From positions 11,160,001 to 11,224,000 of the forward strand of contig CM059432.1 in the NCBI GenBank assembly GCA_030390025.1: a stretch of 64,000 nt of DNA, in the 5' to 3' direction. How positions within the stretch are numbered: the stretch's first letter is position 1; each line of letters begins with the position of its first letter. Made by a program: the position numbers and the translations under genes. The stretch is from Squalus acanthias. Its lineage: Eukaryota. Positions 51,816 through 64,000 of this stretch are shown piece after piece. The notes beneath the pieces are model-generated. The model ran no database searches, had not been told where the DNA came from, and saw only the letters and a program-made list of their open reading frames with translations.

Positions 51816-53619
51816 CTGTACCCAGATAAAGTTCTCCATTTGAGAATATTGGCCTTTGTTCTGTTCAGGTGTGGACATCCCATCAGTATAGTTTGTTTTT
51901 GCTCCAGAATTGGTTCCAGCATCCCAGAAATCTGTACCCTTCCTCCTACACTACATCTCTAGCCACACGTTTCCCTCCTGACTCTGTCTGTTCTTGTACT
52001 GGCTAGTGTGTGGCAATAGTAATAATCCCAAGATTACTAAATTTGAGATCAATTTTCTTAATCTATGACCATATTTCTGGAACTTTTTTTTATACAGGAT
52101 TTGAATTGATTTGTTTTCCATAGTGCTGGTTGAGACATGAACCACAACTTCCAGTGAATCCCTCCCCTTCTCCGGGAGTTAGGCACCTGCTCCTTTTTGT
52201 CCCTTCTTCTGGCACCTGGTTAGCAACATACAATTCGGTTATCATGTTTACGGTTAAAATGGCCTGCTACTAATTATTGAATCTTTCACTACCCAGTGTA
52301 TTCCTGCATGTCAGATTGAGAATACAGAGGGGTAGTGAAAAAGAAATAAAGAGTTGCAAACCGAGAGTATGAGAATAGATTGGCAGCTAACATAAAAGGG
52401 AATTCAAAAGTGATCTATATAATAAACGGGTCGTAAGAGATGGGGTGGGGCTGATTAGGGACCGATTAGGGACCAAAAAGGAGACCTACGCATGGAGGCA
52501 GAGGGCATGGCTGAGGTACTAAATGAGTACTTTGCATCTGTCTTCACCAAGGAAGAAGATGCTGCCAAAGTCATAGTGAAAGAGGAGGTAGTGGAGATAC
52601 TGGATGAGATAAAAATTGATGATGAGGAGGTACTAGAAAGGCTGTCTGTACTTAAAGTTGATAAGTCACCAGGACCAGATGGGATGCATCCTAGGATGCT
52701 GAGGGAAGTTAAGGAGGAAATCGCAGTCATACTGGCCATAATCTACCAATCCTCCTTAGATACGGGGGTGGTGCCAGAGGACTGGAGAATTGCAAATGTT
52801 ACACCCTTGTTCAAAAGAGGGTGTAAGGATAAACCCAGTAACTACAGGCCAGTCAGTTTAACCTCGGTAGTGGAGAAGCTTTTAGAAATGATAATTAGGG
52901 ACAAAGTTAACAGTCACTTGGACAAGTGTAGATTAATTAAGGAAAGCCAGCATGGATTTGTTAAAGGCAAATCGTGTTTAACTAACTTGATTGAGTTTTT
53001 TGATAAGGTAACAGAGAGGGTTGATAAGGGCAATGCGGTTGACGTGTATATGGATTTTCAAAAGGCGTTTGATAAAGTACCATATAATAGGCTTGCCAGC
53101 AAAGTTGAAACCCATGGAATAAAAGGGACAGTGGCAGCATGGATAAGAAATTGACTAAGTGAAAGGAGATAGAGTAGTGGTGAACGGTTGTTTTTCAGAC
53201 TGGAGGAAGGTATAAAGTGATGTTCCCTAGGGGTGGGTACTAGGACCAGTGCTTTTCTTGATATATATCAATGACTTGAACTTGGGAGTACGGGGCACAA
53301 TTTCAAAATTTGCAGATGAGACAAAACTTCGAAGTATAGTGAACAGTGAGGAGGATAGTGATGGACTTCAAGAAGACATAGACAGGCTGGTGAAATAGGT
53401 GGACACGTGGCAGATGAAATTTAACGCAGGAAAGTGCGAAATTATACATTTTGGTAGGAAGAATGAGGAGAGGCAATATAAACTGAAGGGTATGATCCTA
53501 AAGGGGGTGCATGAACAGATAGACCTGGGGGCATATGTGTGCAAATCGTTGAAGGTGGCAGGGCAGGTTGAGAAAGCGGTTAAAAAAGCATACGGGATAG
53601 TGGGCTACATAAATAGAGG

Positions 53620-55350
53620 TCATGATGCGGAGATGCCGGTGTTGGACTGGGGTGGACAAAATTGAGAGGTCGCACAACACCAGGTTATAGTCCAACAGTT
53701 TTATTTGAAATCATAAGCTTTCGGAGCTATCGATCGCCCCTTCCTCAGGTGAAGTAAAGAAATACAGACTCGACAAAGCATATATAGATAGAGAACAATG
53801 CATGTGTACCTTACAATTGCAGACAACTAAATTAAATCATCCTGACTATCTGCCGAGGTGTGATAAAGTTAATCAGGTCAGCCAGGAAGGTACCACATCA
53901 AAGACATAGCAAGATATAACTGAGACAATGAGGTGGAGTCGCAGGGGGTCTAACGTGTCAAAAGCTGGAGAAGTGGAGCATCGTGAGGTTGTCCGTGGGG
54001 ACACCTCAGCACTTCACTCTACCGCAAGCCCACGGACAACCTCACGATGCTCCACTTCTCCAGCTTCCACCCTAACCACGTTAAAGAAGCCATCCCCTAT
54101 GGACAAGCCCTGCGAATACACAGGATCTGCTCAGACAAGGAGGAACGCGATGGACACCTACGGACGCTGAAAAACGCCCTCGTAAGAACGGGATATGACG
54201 CTCGACTCATCGATCGACAGTTCCGACGGGCCACAGCGAAAAATCGCATAGACCTCCTCAGAAGGCAAACACGGGACACAACCAACAGGGTACCCTACGT
54301 CGTCCAATACTTCCCCGGAGCGGAGAAACTACGCCATGTTCTTCGCAGCCTTCAACATGTCATCGATGACGACAAACACCTCGCTAAGGCCATCCCCACG
54401 CCTCCACTACTTGCCTTCAAACAGACCGCCTAACCTCAGAAGTACCATCGTTCGCAGCAAATTACCCAGCTTTCAGGATAACAGCGACCACGACACCACA
54501 CAACCCTGCCACGGCAAACTCTGCAAGACATGCCAGATCATCAACACAGATACCACCATCACACGTGAGGACACTACCCACCAGGTACATGGTACATACT
54601 CATGTGACTCGGCCAACGTTGTCTACCTCATACGTTGCAGGAAAGAATGCACCGCGGCATGGTACATCGGCGAGACCATGCAGACACTGAGACAACGTAT
54701 GAACGAGCACCGCGCAACAATCACCAGGCAGGATTGTTCCCTCCCAGTCGGGGAACACTTCAGCAGTCAAGGACATTCAGCCTTGGATCTGCAGGTAAGC
54801 GTTCTCCAAGGCAACCTTAGGAACACACGACAGCGCAAAATCATCGAGCAGAAACTGATAGCCAAGTTCCGCACTCATGAAGACGGTCTCAACCGGGATC
54901 TTGGGTTTATGTCACGATACATGACGTGATCCGGACTCGAGTCGTCGTTGGCTTGTTCACAGATGTGATTCCCAGTAAAAAAGTAAAAATTTTCCCAGTA
55001 AAAAAGTAAAAATTTTACAGCTTATCGTTTTACATACAGACGGCAGCTTTTGACACGTTAGACCCCCTGCGACTCCACCTCATTGTCTCAGTTGTATCTT
55101 GCTATGTCTTTGATGTGGTACCTTCCTGGCTGACCTGATTAACTTTATCACACCTCGGCAGATAGTCAGAATGATTTAATTTAGTTGTCTGCAATTGTAA
55201 GGTACACATGCATTGTTCTCTATCTATATATGCTTTGTCGAGTCTGTATTTCTTTACTTCACCTGAGGAAGGGGCGATCGATAGCTCCGAAAGCTTGTGA
55301 TTTCAAATAAAACTGTTGGACTATAACCTGGTGTTGTGCGACCTCTCAAT
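53620..55350 (+). mobile_element. Penelope-like element (Neptune-type): inverted pLTR, 5'-truncated RT thumb/GIY-YIG ORF, pLTR
   Basis: LYRKPTD, HVKEAIPYGQALRIHRICS, CKTC, VYLIRC..YIGET motifs; 14-bp TSD TACATAAATAGAGG at 53606-53619 and 55351-55364; 307-bp inverted repeats at 53661-53967 and 55044-55350. Confidence 0.95.
55259..55300 (+). ncRNA. Minimal type I hammerhead ribozyme; an inverted copy lies at 53711-53752
   Basis: tcac CTGAGGA a ggggc gatcgata gctcc GAAA gc TT gtga: canonical CUGANGA/GAAA core with a palindromic AAGCTT stem III. Confidence 0.8.
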
Positions 55351-56704
55351 TACATAAATAGAGGCATAGAGTACAAAAACAAGGAAGTTATGATGAACCT
55401 TTATAAAAACACTGGTTCGGCCTCAACTGGAGTATTGTGTCCAATTCTGGGCACCGCACTTAAGGAAGGATGTGAAGGCCTTAGAGAGAGGGTGCAGAAA
55501 AGATTTGCGAGAATGATTCCAGGGATGAGGGACTTCAGTTACACGGATAGACCAGAGAAGCTGGGGCTGTTCTCCTTAGAGCAGAGAAGGTTGAGTGAAG
55601 ATTTGGTAGAGGTATTCAAAATCATGAGGGGCCTAGACAGAGTAGCTAGAGAGGAACTGTTCCCATTGGCGGATGGGTCGGGTACCAGAAGACAGAGATT
55701 TAAGGTGATGGCAAAATAATCAAGGGCGACATGAGGAAAAACTTTTTTACGCAGCGAGTGGTTATGATCTGGAATGCACTGCCTGAAAGGGTGGTGGAGG
55801 CAGACTCAATCGTGGCTTTCAAAATGGAATTGGATAAGTACCTGAAGGAAAAATATTTGCAGGACTACGGGGAATGGGTGGGGGAGTGGGACTAGCTGAC
55901 GTGCTCTTGCAGAGAGCCGGCACGGGCCGAATGTCCTCCTTCTGTACTGTCACCATTCTGTGATTTAACTTCTCCTCTTTCCCCTGCCCCTGCAACCACT
56001 TTTTCCATACTGATGTGGACTTACTCATAGCATCTTTCCCCGAGTAATTGTCTTTGAAACAAGTATTCAGTATTAAAAACTTATTTAGCAAGACAATACT
56101 TTCAGGGCCCATACTCTTTCCTACTCCATTGGATGATCATCCACTTCCAATATTTATCCTCCATCTTGGAATGTATGTTCCAGGCATCCTTCCACCTCCT
56201 GTATGAATGGTGACTCCTTCTGTACAACAACAGCCTAATGAATAATAACCATCATGAATTCAGAAGGGAAAAGATCCTGTCTGATGATTCCCCTCAACTT
56301 TGAGAAAGTGACAGTCCAAGTGGACGTAGTGTACTTAGACTTCCAAAATGCAATTGACGAAGTTCCACATAAAAGGCTCACATACCAGGCTACAGCATGA
56401 CTTGCAGAACATCCAAACTTGGGCTCACAAGTGGCAGAAAACGCTTGTGCCACATAACTACCAGGGAATGATACTCTCCAACAATTTTTTAAAAACCTAA
56501 ACTCCTTTCCCTGACCTTCGACCATTGCTGAGAGCACCAGCATCTTAGATGTCAGTATTGACTTGAAACTTAACTGGGTTAGCCATATCAACACTGACTA
56601 CAAAAGTAGGGACGAGACTGGGTACTCTGTGACTAGTGGCTCATTTTCTGATCCCACAAAGCCTCTCCATCATCTACAAAACTCAAGTCGACAGAATTTT
56701 GAAC

Positions 56705-58497
56705 GACATAGAGTCATAGAGTCAAAGATTCATAACGGAACAGAAGGAGGCCATTCGGCCCATCGAGTCCGTGCCAGCTCTCTGTAGAGCAATCCAGTCA
56801 GTCCCGTTCCCCCGCTCTATCCCCGTAGCCCTGCAAGTCTCTTTCCCTCAAGTGCCTATCCAGTCTCCCCTTGAAAACATTGAGTGTCTCCGCTTCCACC
56901 ACTTCCGTCGGCAGCAAATTCCAAGTCATCACCGCTCACTGCGTAAAAAAAAGTTTTTCTTCACATCCCCCCCTGTATCTCTTGCCCAAAACCTTAAATC
57001 TGTGTCCCCTAGTCCTTGTACCATCAACTAGTGGGAACAGCCTTTTCCCGTCTAGCCTATCCAAACCCGTCATAATCTTGTACACCTCTATCAAATCACC
57101 CCTCAACCTCCTTTGCTCTAATGAAAACACACCCAGCTTCACAAACCTGCCCTTGTAGCTCAGATCCCCCATCCCCGGAACCATTCTGGTAAATCTCCTC
57201 TGCACCCTCTCAAGGGCCTTCACATCTTTCCTAAAGTGTGGTGACCAGAACTGGATGCAATACTCCAGTTGTGGCCTAACCAGCGCTTTATAAAGGTTCA
57301 GCATAACTTCTCTACTTTTGTACTCAATACCTCTATTTATGAAGCCCAAGATCCCATATGCTTTGTTAACCACTCTTTCAATATGTCCTGCCACCTTCAG
57401 GGACCTATGCACATCAACTCCCAAGTCCCTCTGGCCTGCACACTCTTTAAAACTGTACCATTAAGTGTATATTGCCTCTCCCTGTTCCTTCTGCCAAAAT
57501 GCATCACCTCACACTTCTCTGTATTAAATTCCATCTGCCACTTGTCTGCCCATTCTGCTAGCCTTTCTATGTCCTGTTGCAGTCAATTGGTATCATCCAC
57601 ACTGTTTCCCACACCCCCAAGTTTGGGGTCATTGGCAAATTTAGAAATTCTACTCTCTATTCCAATATCCAGGTCATTATATCAAAAAAAGCAGTGGCCC
57701 CAGCACTGACCCTTGGGGAACACCACTGTCTACCATCCTCCAGTCTGAAAAACAGTCATTTACCACAACTCGCTGTTTTCTGTCCTTAAGCCAATTCCTT
57801 ATCCAAGCTGCCACTGACCCATCTATTCCATGAGCCTCAATTTTGTTAACCAGCCTTCTATGTGGTACTTTGTCAAACGCCTTCTGAAAATCCATGTAGA
57901 CAACATCCATTGCATTCCCTTCATCAATCCTCTGTTACTTCATCAAAAAATTAAATTAGTCAAATGCGATCTGCCTTTCACAAATCCGTGTCTCCTTAAT
58001 TAGCTTAAACCTCTCCAAGTCCCTGTTAATTTTTTCCTTGATTATTGTTTCTAAACTAGGATTGTCCTTACACCCTGTCTTGAACAATAGTGTCACATTT
58101 GCCACTTTCCAATCCTCAGGCACCTCCCCCGCATCTAGGGAAGATTGGAAAATTATGGCAAGCCCATCCGCTATCTCCTCCCCCAATTCCCTTAGCAACC
58201 TGGGATGCAAGCCATCTGGATCAGGCGACTTGTCCACTCTAAGCATACCCAGCTTTTCTAGTACATCCTGTCTATCAATTTTCACCCCTTCCATTGCTTC
58301 TACCTTTTCCACTTCTCCTGATATTTTGTCAGCATTCACCTCCTTAGTAAACACCGATACAAAGTAGTCATTGAGTATTCTCGCCTTGCCCTGCGCCTCT
58401 AAGCATATATCACCACTTTTATAGGCCCCACCCCACCTCTTACTACCCGCTTACTATTTACATGCCAGTAAAAGATTTTTGGGTTCCCTTTTATGTT
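56705..58497 (-). mobile_element. CR1 fragment with an empty PLE target site at 57330-57341
   Basis: ORFs 56936-57424, 57677-57910 and 57956-58354. Confidence 0.92.
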
Positions 58498-59048
58498 TTA
58501 TAGTCAAAACAATAGAACATGAGTCCGAGGATTTCGTGATCTAACTGTTTAGTGCTCTGGTGAGAGGGCATTTTGAATATTGCATCAAGTTCTGTTGCTG
58601 AAACACAAGGGAGACATTGAAGTGCTGGAGGCAGTGCAGAGAAGAAGCAGTGCAGAGAGGAGTCACAAGGCTGATCCGTAGAGTTAAAAATGTGTGTTAT
58701 GAGAAACCAAATTGTTTCAAAAAGAGGTGAGTAAGAAGTGATCTTAGAGGTATAGAAGATAGTTGAGACAAAGGAAAATCTGGAATATTACTTTAAATTA
58801 AATTGTGAGAGTAAGACGAGGAGAAATAAGTTTAAACAAGTAAGTGGCAAATTTAAGAGAATTCTTCTTCATGCAAAGGGTGATCAATCTATGGAATGGC
58901 CTTCCAGGTAAAATAGTGGATGCAAAATTCCAGAAGCATTTATGAAATAATTACTTCTCTGGGGGCACTTTGGGATCTTGCTGAGTGGACGAATTTAGAT
59001 AGGCCAAATGGCCCTCGTCATCTGTTGACTGTCTAGTGGTCTTATGAA

Positions 59049-59275
59049 TGGAGTTATCCCCGGTGTCCTGGCCAATATTTATCCCTCAATCAACATCACT
59101 AAAACAGATTATCTGGTCATTATCACATTGCTGTTTGTGGGAGCTTGCTGTGTGCAAATTGGCTGCCGCGTTTCCTTCATTACAACAGTGACTACACTTC
59201 AAAAGTACTTCATTGGCTGTAAAGCGCTTTGGGATGTCCTGAGGTCATGAAAGGCGCAATATAAATGCGTCTTTT
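59049..59275 (+). mobile_element. Deu-type SINE 3' half
   Basis: Matches the reverse complement of 38165-38410. Confidence 0.85.
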
Positions 59276-59865
59276 TTGAGGCACAGACTTAAACAATCAT
59301 TTTATACATTTTAAGCTATTAAATGAAACTTCTGAGCCCACTGTGTTGTTTGGGATGAGTGAGTTTTGTCACTGAGGAGGACTGATAATTGAACATTGCC
59401 CACAAATTGATGATGCAATTTAGTGAATAGCTATAAATCCAAAGTAGGAAGTAAGAGAAAAAAATCTTTTAGAATGATGTAATTAACAAAAGAAAAAAAA
59501 TGTTTGGGGAATGGAGAAGGGAAGAATAAACAAGTAAATGAAACACTTCAGCCAATATTTCAAATCCATCACAGGATTGAGCAAAAAAGAGTTAGAAGGT
59601 GAATAACTGTGTCGTTTTGGGGGGAAAAGAACAAAGTAACTTGCATCTTAAGCAAGTCTTGTCAAATGGTAGGTAAATAGCATGACAAATATTATACCTG
59701 TGAGGTCTCGTTCATGATATGTTTATTTCCTGTCATCCATGTGTTACATGGCTTCAGTAAATTTACTGTATCACAGCAAATCTGAACAGTCACAAATTAC
59801 ATCCTTTTGTGACTGTGACAAAGGTAAACTATCCCTCCTCGTCCTTCTTGACTTGTCTGCAGCCT

Positions 59866-62508
59866 AGATTGGGAAACTACATTAAAAGATATGACAGTAG
59901 ACAAGCAATGGCTAGCATTTAAAGAATTAATACATAATTTACAACAAATATACATTCCTTTAAGGCACAAAAACCCCACAGGAAAAGTGGTCCAACCGTA
60001 GCTAACGAGAAGTTAAAGATAGTATTAGATCAAAGGAAGAGGCTTATAATGTTGCAAAAAAGAGCAGTAAGCCTGAGGATTGGGAGAATTTTAGAATTCA
60101 GCAAAGGAGGACCAAGAAATTGATAAAGAAGGGAAAATATAATCTGAGAGTAAACTAGCGAGAGACATAAAAACTGACTGTAAAAGCTTCTGTCGGTATG
60201 TAAAAAGGAAAAGATTAGCGAAAGTAAATGTGGGTCCCTTACAGGCTGAGACAGGAGAAATTATAATGGAGAATAAGGAAATGGCAGAGAAATTAAACAA
60301 ATACTTTGTGTCTGCTTTCACGGAAGACACAAAAAACCTCCCGGAAATAGTGGAGAACCAAGGGTCTAGTGAGAATGAGAAAATGAAAGAAATTAGTATG
60401 AGTAAAAAAAAATAGTACTGGAGAAATTAATGGGACTGAAAGCCTGGACCTGATGGCCTACATCCTAGGGTTTTGAAAGAGGTGGCTATAGTGATAATGG
60501 ATGCATTGGTTGTCATCTTCCAAAATTCCATTGATTCTAGAACGGTTCCCGCGGATTGCAAGGTAGCAAATGTAACCCCACTATTTAAGAAAGGAGGGAA
60601 GAGAGAAAACGGGGAACTACAGACCAGTTAGCCTGATATCAGTAGTAGGGAAAATGCTAGAATCTATTGGGCCGTATTTTGCTACCCCTACGGGTGTGTA
60701 CGCGCTCGTAGGGGCTGCGCAAGTTCCGGGTTTAGGCATGCGAAGTACATGCTCTAAAACCCGGTACTTGTGATCTGTCAAGAATTCTCTTGACAGATCC
60801 TCTACAGCCCCAGGAGATGGGCCTCTGCGGGTGGAGAGTTGCGCTATTTGCACAACTTCCGCCCGCTGAATGCCTGTCAAATTCTAACGCCTCGTAAAAG
60901 CAGGTGTAAGACCTGCTTTTACCAGCATAAGAGTTTTAAAAAGTAGAAAAATAAAATTTTATCACTCATTTATAAATTAAAAATATCTTTCAATAAGGTA
61001 AGTTTATTTTTAGCCCTGTAAAAATTTTTGTTTAAAATATTTAATTAAATGGCATTTTAATTAATTTTAAATATGTAATTTTTTTTTTTATTTCCATGTG
61101 TTGGTGTATTTTTTTTAGTGATCCCCATTCATACTTATTGGAGTTCCGTACGTATGGAGCTCCAATAAATATGAATAGGGATTCCCTTCTTTTATTGGTT
61201 GGGCCGGCCCAGGGGCGCCTGCGTCCCTGGGATACTGGGACCTCTGCCCGCGTGGACCCGGAGAGGCCCAGGATCGCAAGCCTCCATATCTCCCGGGCCA
61301 CCAGGTACATTTGTAGAATATTTGCAGGTCGGAAGCCTCCGATCGCAAATGTTGGCCCATTATTAAGGACGTGGTAACCGGGCACTTAGAAAATAATAAT
61401 AGGATTGGACAGAGTCAACACGGATTTATGCAAAGGAAATCATGTTTGACGAATTAGTTTTTTAACGGACAGAAAACAGAGAGTAGGAATAAATGGGTCA
61501 TTTGTGGGTTGGCAGGCTGTAACTAGTGGGGTATCGCAAGGATCAGTGCTTGGGCCTCAGCTCTTCACAATTTATATCAATGATTTGGATGAGAAAAGAA
61601 AGAAAGAAAGACTTGCATTTATATAGTGCCTTTCACGACCACCGGATGTCTCAAAGCACTTTACAGCCAATGAAGTACTTTTGAAGTCGAGTCACTGTTG
61701 TAATGAAGGAAACGCGGCAGCCATGGCAAATGGAATATAATGTGGAGAAATGTGAAGTTATCCACTTTGGTAGGAAAAATAGAAAAGCAGAGTATTTTTT
61801 AAATGGTGAGAGATTGGGAAATGTTGGGGTTCAGAGGGTCCTGGGTGTCCTTGCACACGAATCACTGAAAGATGACATGCAGGTACAGCAAGCAATTCGG
61901 AAAGCAAATGGTATGTTGGCCTTTATTACAAGAGGATTTGAGTATAAGAGTAAAGATGTCTTATTGCAATTATATAGGGCCTTGGATATATTCCAAGGTC
62001 ATAGAGGGAGTGCAATGAAGGTTCACCAGACTGATTCCTGGGATGGGGCGATTGTCCTATGAGGAGAGATTGAGTAAACTAGGCCTATATTCTCTGGAGT
62101 TTAGAAGAATGAGAGGTGATCTCATTGAAACATAGAAAATTCTTACAGGAATTGACAGGGTAGATGCAGGGAGGATGTTTCCCCTGGCTGGGGAGTCTAG
62201 AACCAAGGGTCACAGTCTCCGAATAAGGCGTCGGCCATTTAGGACTGAGATGAAGAGAAATTTATTCACTCGGAGGGTGGTGAATCTTTGGAATTCTCTA
62301 CCCCAGAGGTCTGTGGAGGCACTGTCGTGGAGTATATTCAAGACAGAGATCGCTAGATTTTTGGATATTAAGGGAATCAAGGGATATGGGGATAGTGCAG
62401 GAAAATGGAATTGAAGTAGAAGATCAGCCATGATCTTATTGAATGGCGGAGCAGGCTCAAGGGGCCGAATGGCCTCCTCCTGCTTCTATTTCTTATGTTC
62501 TTATGTTC
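59866..62508 (+). mobile_element. CR1 fragment interrupted by an H3 MITE and a SINE
   Basis: ORF2 motifs NYRPVSL, QGSVLGP and WQMEYN; (TTCTTATG)n tail. Confidence 0.9.
60669..61358. mobile_element. Harbinger-type MITE family H3
   Basis: TIRs GGGCCGTATTTTGC / GCAAATGTTGGCCC; perfect ATT TSD; splits CR1 sequence gaatctattattaagg. Confidence 0.88.
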
Positions 62509-63123
62509 ATTGCATTTCTTGTGCTAAGTTTTTTAAATTTTCAGTCCCAATACTTTGCTGTGAGAGGAATGCCAGACCATGCTGTTTGATTCAACTAAAA
62601 TGGGCTGGAATTTGCTGGAAACTTGCCCGGGGAATGTGCGCCATTATTCCATTGTAAAAGTTAAAGGAAATAATGGCATAAATAAGTTATGCCATTATTT
62701 ACGCTGCACCACAATTTCCTGGGACTTTTGTGCCGGTCCACCGACGACCTTGCCTGAACTGAGAAAAGTTCATTATCATAGCCCTGTCCACCATTTCAGT
62801 CAATGACGAGCACAGATTTCCTACATTTACAACCCCCTTTTTCTCACTAGACTGGAAAATAACAGCACAGGTGACTTAGTATTGACATGATTTATGGCCT
62901 TCGTATGACTTTCGGCTTGGCAATCCAACAAAGGGACCATTAAAGCTGTGAAGCCTCACCCCTGCAGTCTGGTAATTGTTTTCAGATTTTGTTATTTTCC
63001 AATTCTCTCAGTTTTAGCAGTCTTTTCTTGCCAGTTTTGCCATGCAGAGTCCTGTTAGTGTCTGACTTATTCAGCAGGGGTGGAAAAGGAGGTGGATGGA
63101 TTCTGGAGGGTTGTCTGAAGGCA

Positions 63124-63320
63124 CCATTCCACCTCGCCAACAATGCAGCATAGGAGAGGAACATCCATGCACAGCCGGCGACCTGTCAGGTGGTGCAGAG
63201 GGCCATCTGGGTGCTTAAAGCACACTTCAGGTACCTGGACAGGTCAGTGGTGTCCTATAGTACACCCCTGATAAAGTGCCAAAGATTTCAGTGACCTGCT
63301 CTTATGTATACAATTTTGCC
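63124..63320 (+). pseudogene. PIF/Harbinger (HARBI1-like) transposase C-terminal relic
   Basis: Manual translation ..ERNIHAQPATCQVVQRAIWVLKAHFRYLDRS/GVL*YTPDKVPKISVTCSYVYNFA resembles the Harbinger consensus TRxxIERxIGxLKxRFRCLDRSGGxLQYxP..CxxLHN; contains stops and a frameshift. Confidence 0.75.
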
Positions 63321-63369
63321 TCGTTCCCCACCCCCCACTCCCCTAACATTACATGAGCCAAATTTTTTT

Positions 63370-64000
63370 TTCCGTTCCTGGGATGTGGGCATCACTGGCA
63401 ATTTATTGCCCATCCCTAATTGCCCTCAAGAAGGTGGTGGTGAGCCGCCGCCTTGAACCGTTGCAGTCTTTGTGGTGAAGGTACTCCCACAGTGCTGTTA
63501 GGGAGGGAGTTCCAGGATTTTGACCCAGTGACGATGAAGGAACGGCGATATATTTCCAAGTCAGGATGGTGTGCAACTTGCAGGTGGTAGTGTTTCCATG
63601 CGCCTGCTGCCCTTGTCCTTCTAGGCGGTAGAGGTCGCGCGTTTGGGAGGTGCTGCCGAAGTAGCCATGGCGAGTTGCCGCAGTGCACCTTGTAGATGGT
63701 ACACACTGCAGCCATGGTATGCCTGTGTTGAAGGTGAGACACTCGCCGCAGAATACCCAGCCTCTGACCTGCTCTTGTAGCCACAGTATTTACGTGGCTG
63801 GTCCAGTTAAGTTTCTGGTCAATGGTGACCCTCAGGATATTGATAGTGGGGGATTCGGCGATGGTGATGCCGTAGAGTGTCAAGGGGTCGTGGTTAGACG
63901 TTCGCTTGTTGGAGATAGTCATTGACTGGCACTTCTGTGGCGCGACTGTTACCTGCCACTTATCAGCCCAAGCCTGAATGTCGTCCAGGTCTTGCTGCAT
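63370..64000 (-). mobile_element. LINE family B fragment running off the window end
   Basis: ORF 63416-64000 LDDIQAWADKWQV...SWNSLP. Confidence 0.88.

Larger units (their letters stand above)
52310..55966 (+). mobile_element. 5'-truncated CR1 (same subfamily as 8672-13910), interrupted by a PLE at 53620-55350
   Basis: ORF 52492-53154 with KSPGPDG, NYRPVSL and DFQKAFD; continues after 55351. Confidence 0.93.

Noticed and set aside
54970..55015. Tandem duplication ttcccagtaaaaaagtaaaaattt
   Set aside because: A small slippage duplication inside the PLE 3'UTR with no evident significance.
8672..55966. Segmental duplication as the explanation for two CR1+PLE composites
   Set aside because: The flanks are unrelated, the CR1 structures differ (inverted versus colinear) and the PLE inserts differ in ends and sequence.
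35550..64000. Further LDLRAD4 coding exons
   Set aside because: No CKFTCTSGKC-like LDLa exon was seen by eye. It probably lies beyond the window, but I cannot exclude a missed short exon.

Overview
Eukaryotic, repeat-dense vertebrate DNA. The repeat repertoire (CR1, L2, Deu-type SINEs, Penelope-like elements) suggests a cartilaginous fish, but this is inference only. I find one host exon, 35132-35549 (+), with a long uORF-rich 5'UTR and the start MQEAGFQATNALK, which I recognise as the N-terminus of LDLRAD4. The window is therefore most likely two large LDLRAD4 introns. The rest is layered mobile DNA: many CR1 and L2 LINE fragments, one near-full-length CR1 with a 5' inversion, three Penelope-like (PLE) insertions carrying minimal hammerhead ribozymes, PIF/Harbinger-type MITEs, a hAT MITE, a fragmented Tigger/pogo element, SINEs and a tRNA-Gly/CR1-tail chimera. 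The most notable observation is that two structurally different PLE insertions sit at the same site (CATAAATAGAG) in two separate CR1 copies, suggesting a PLE lineage that targets CR1 LINEs. Family names come from motif recognition by eye with no database search, and boundaries of old repeats are approximate.
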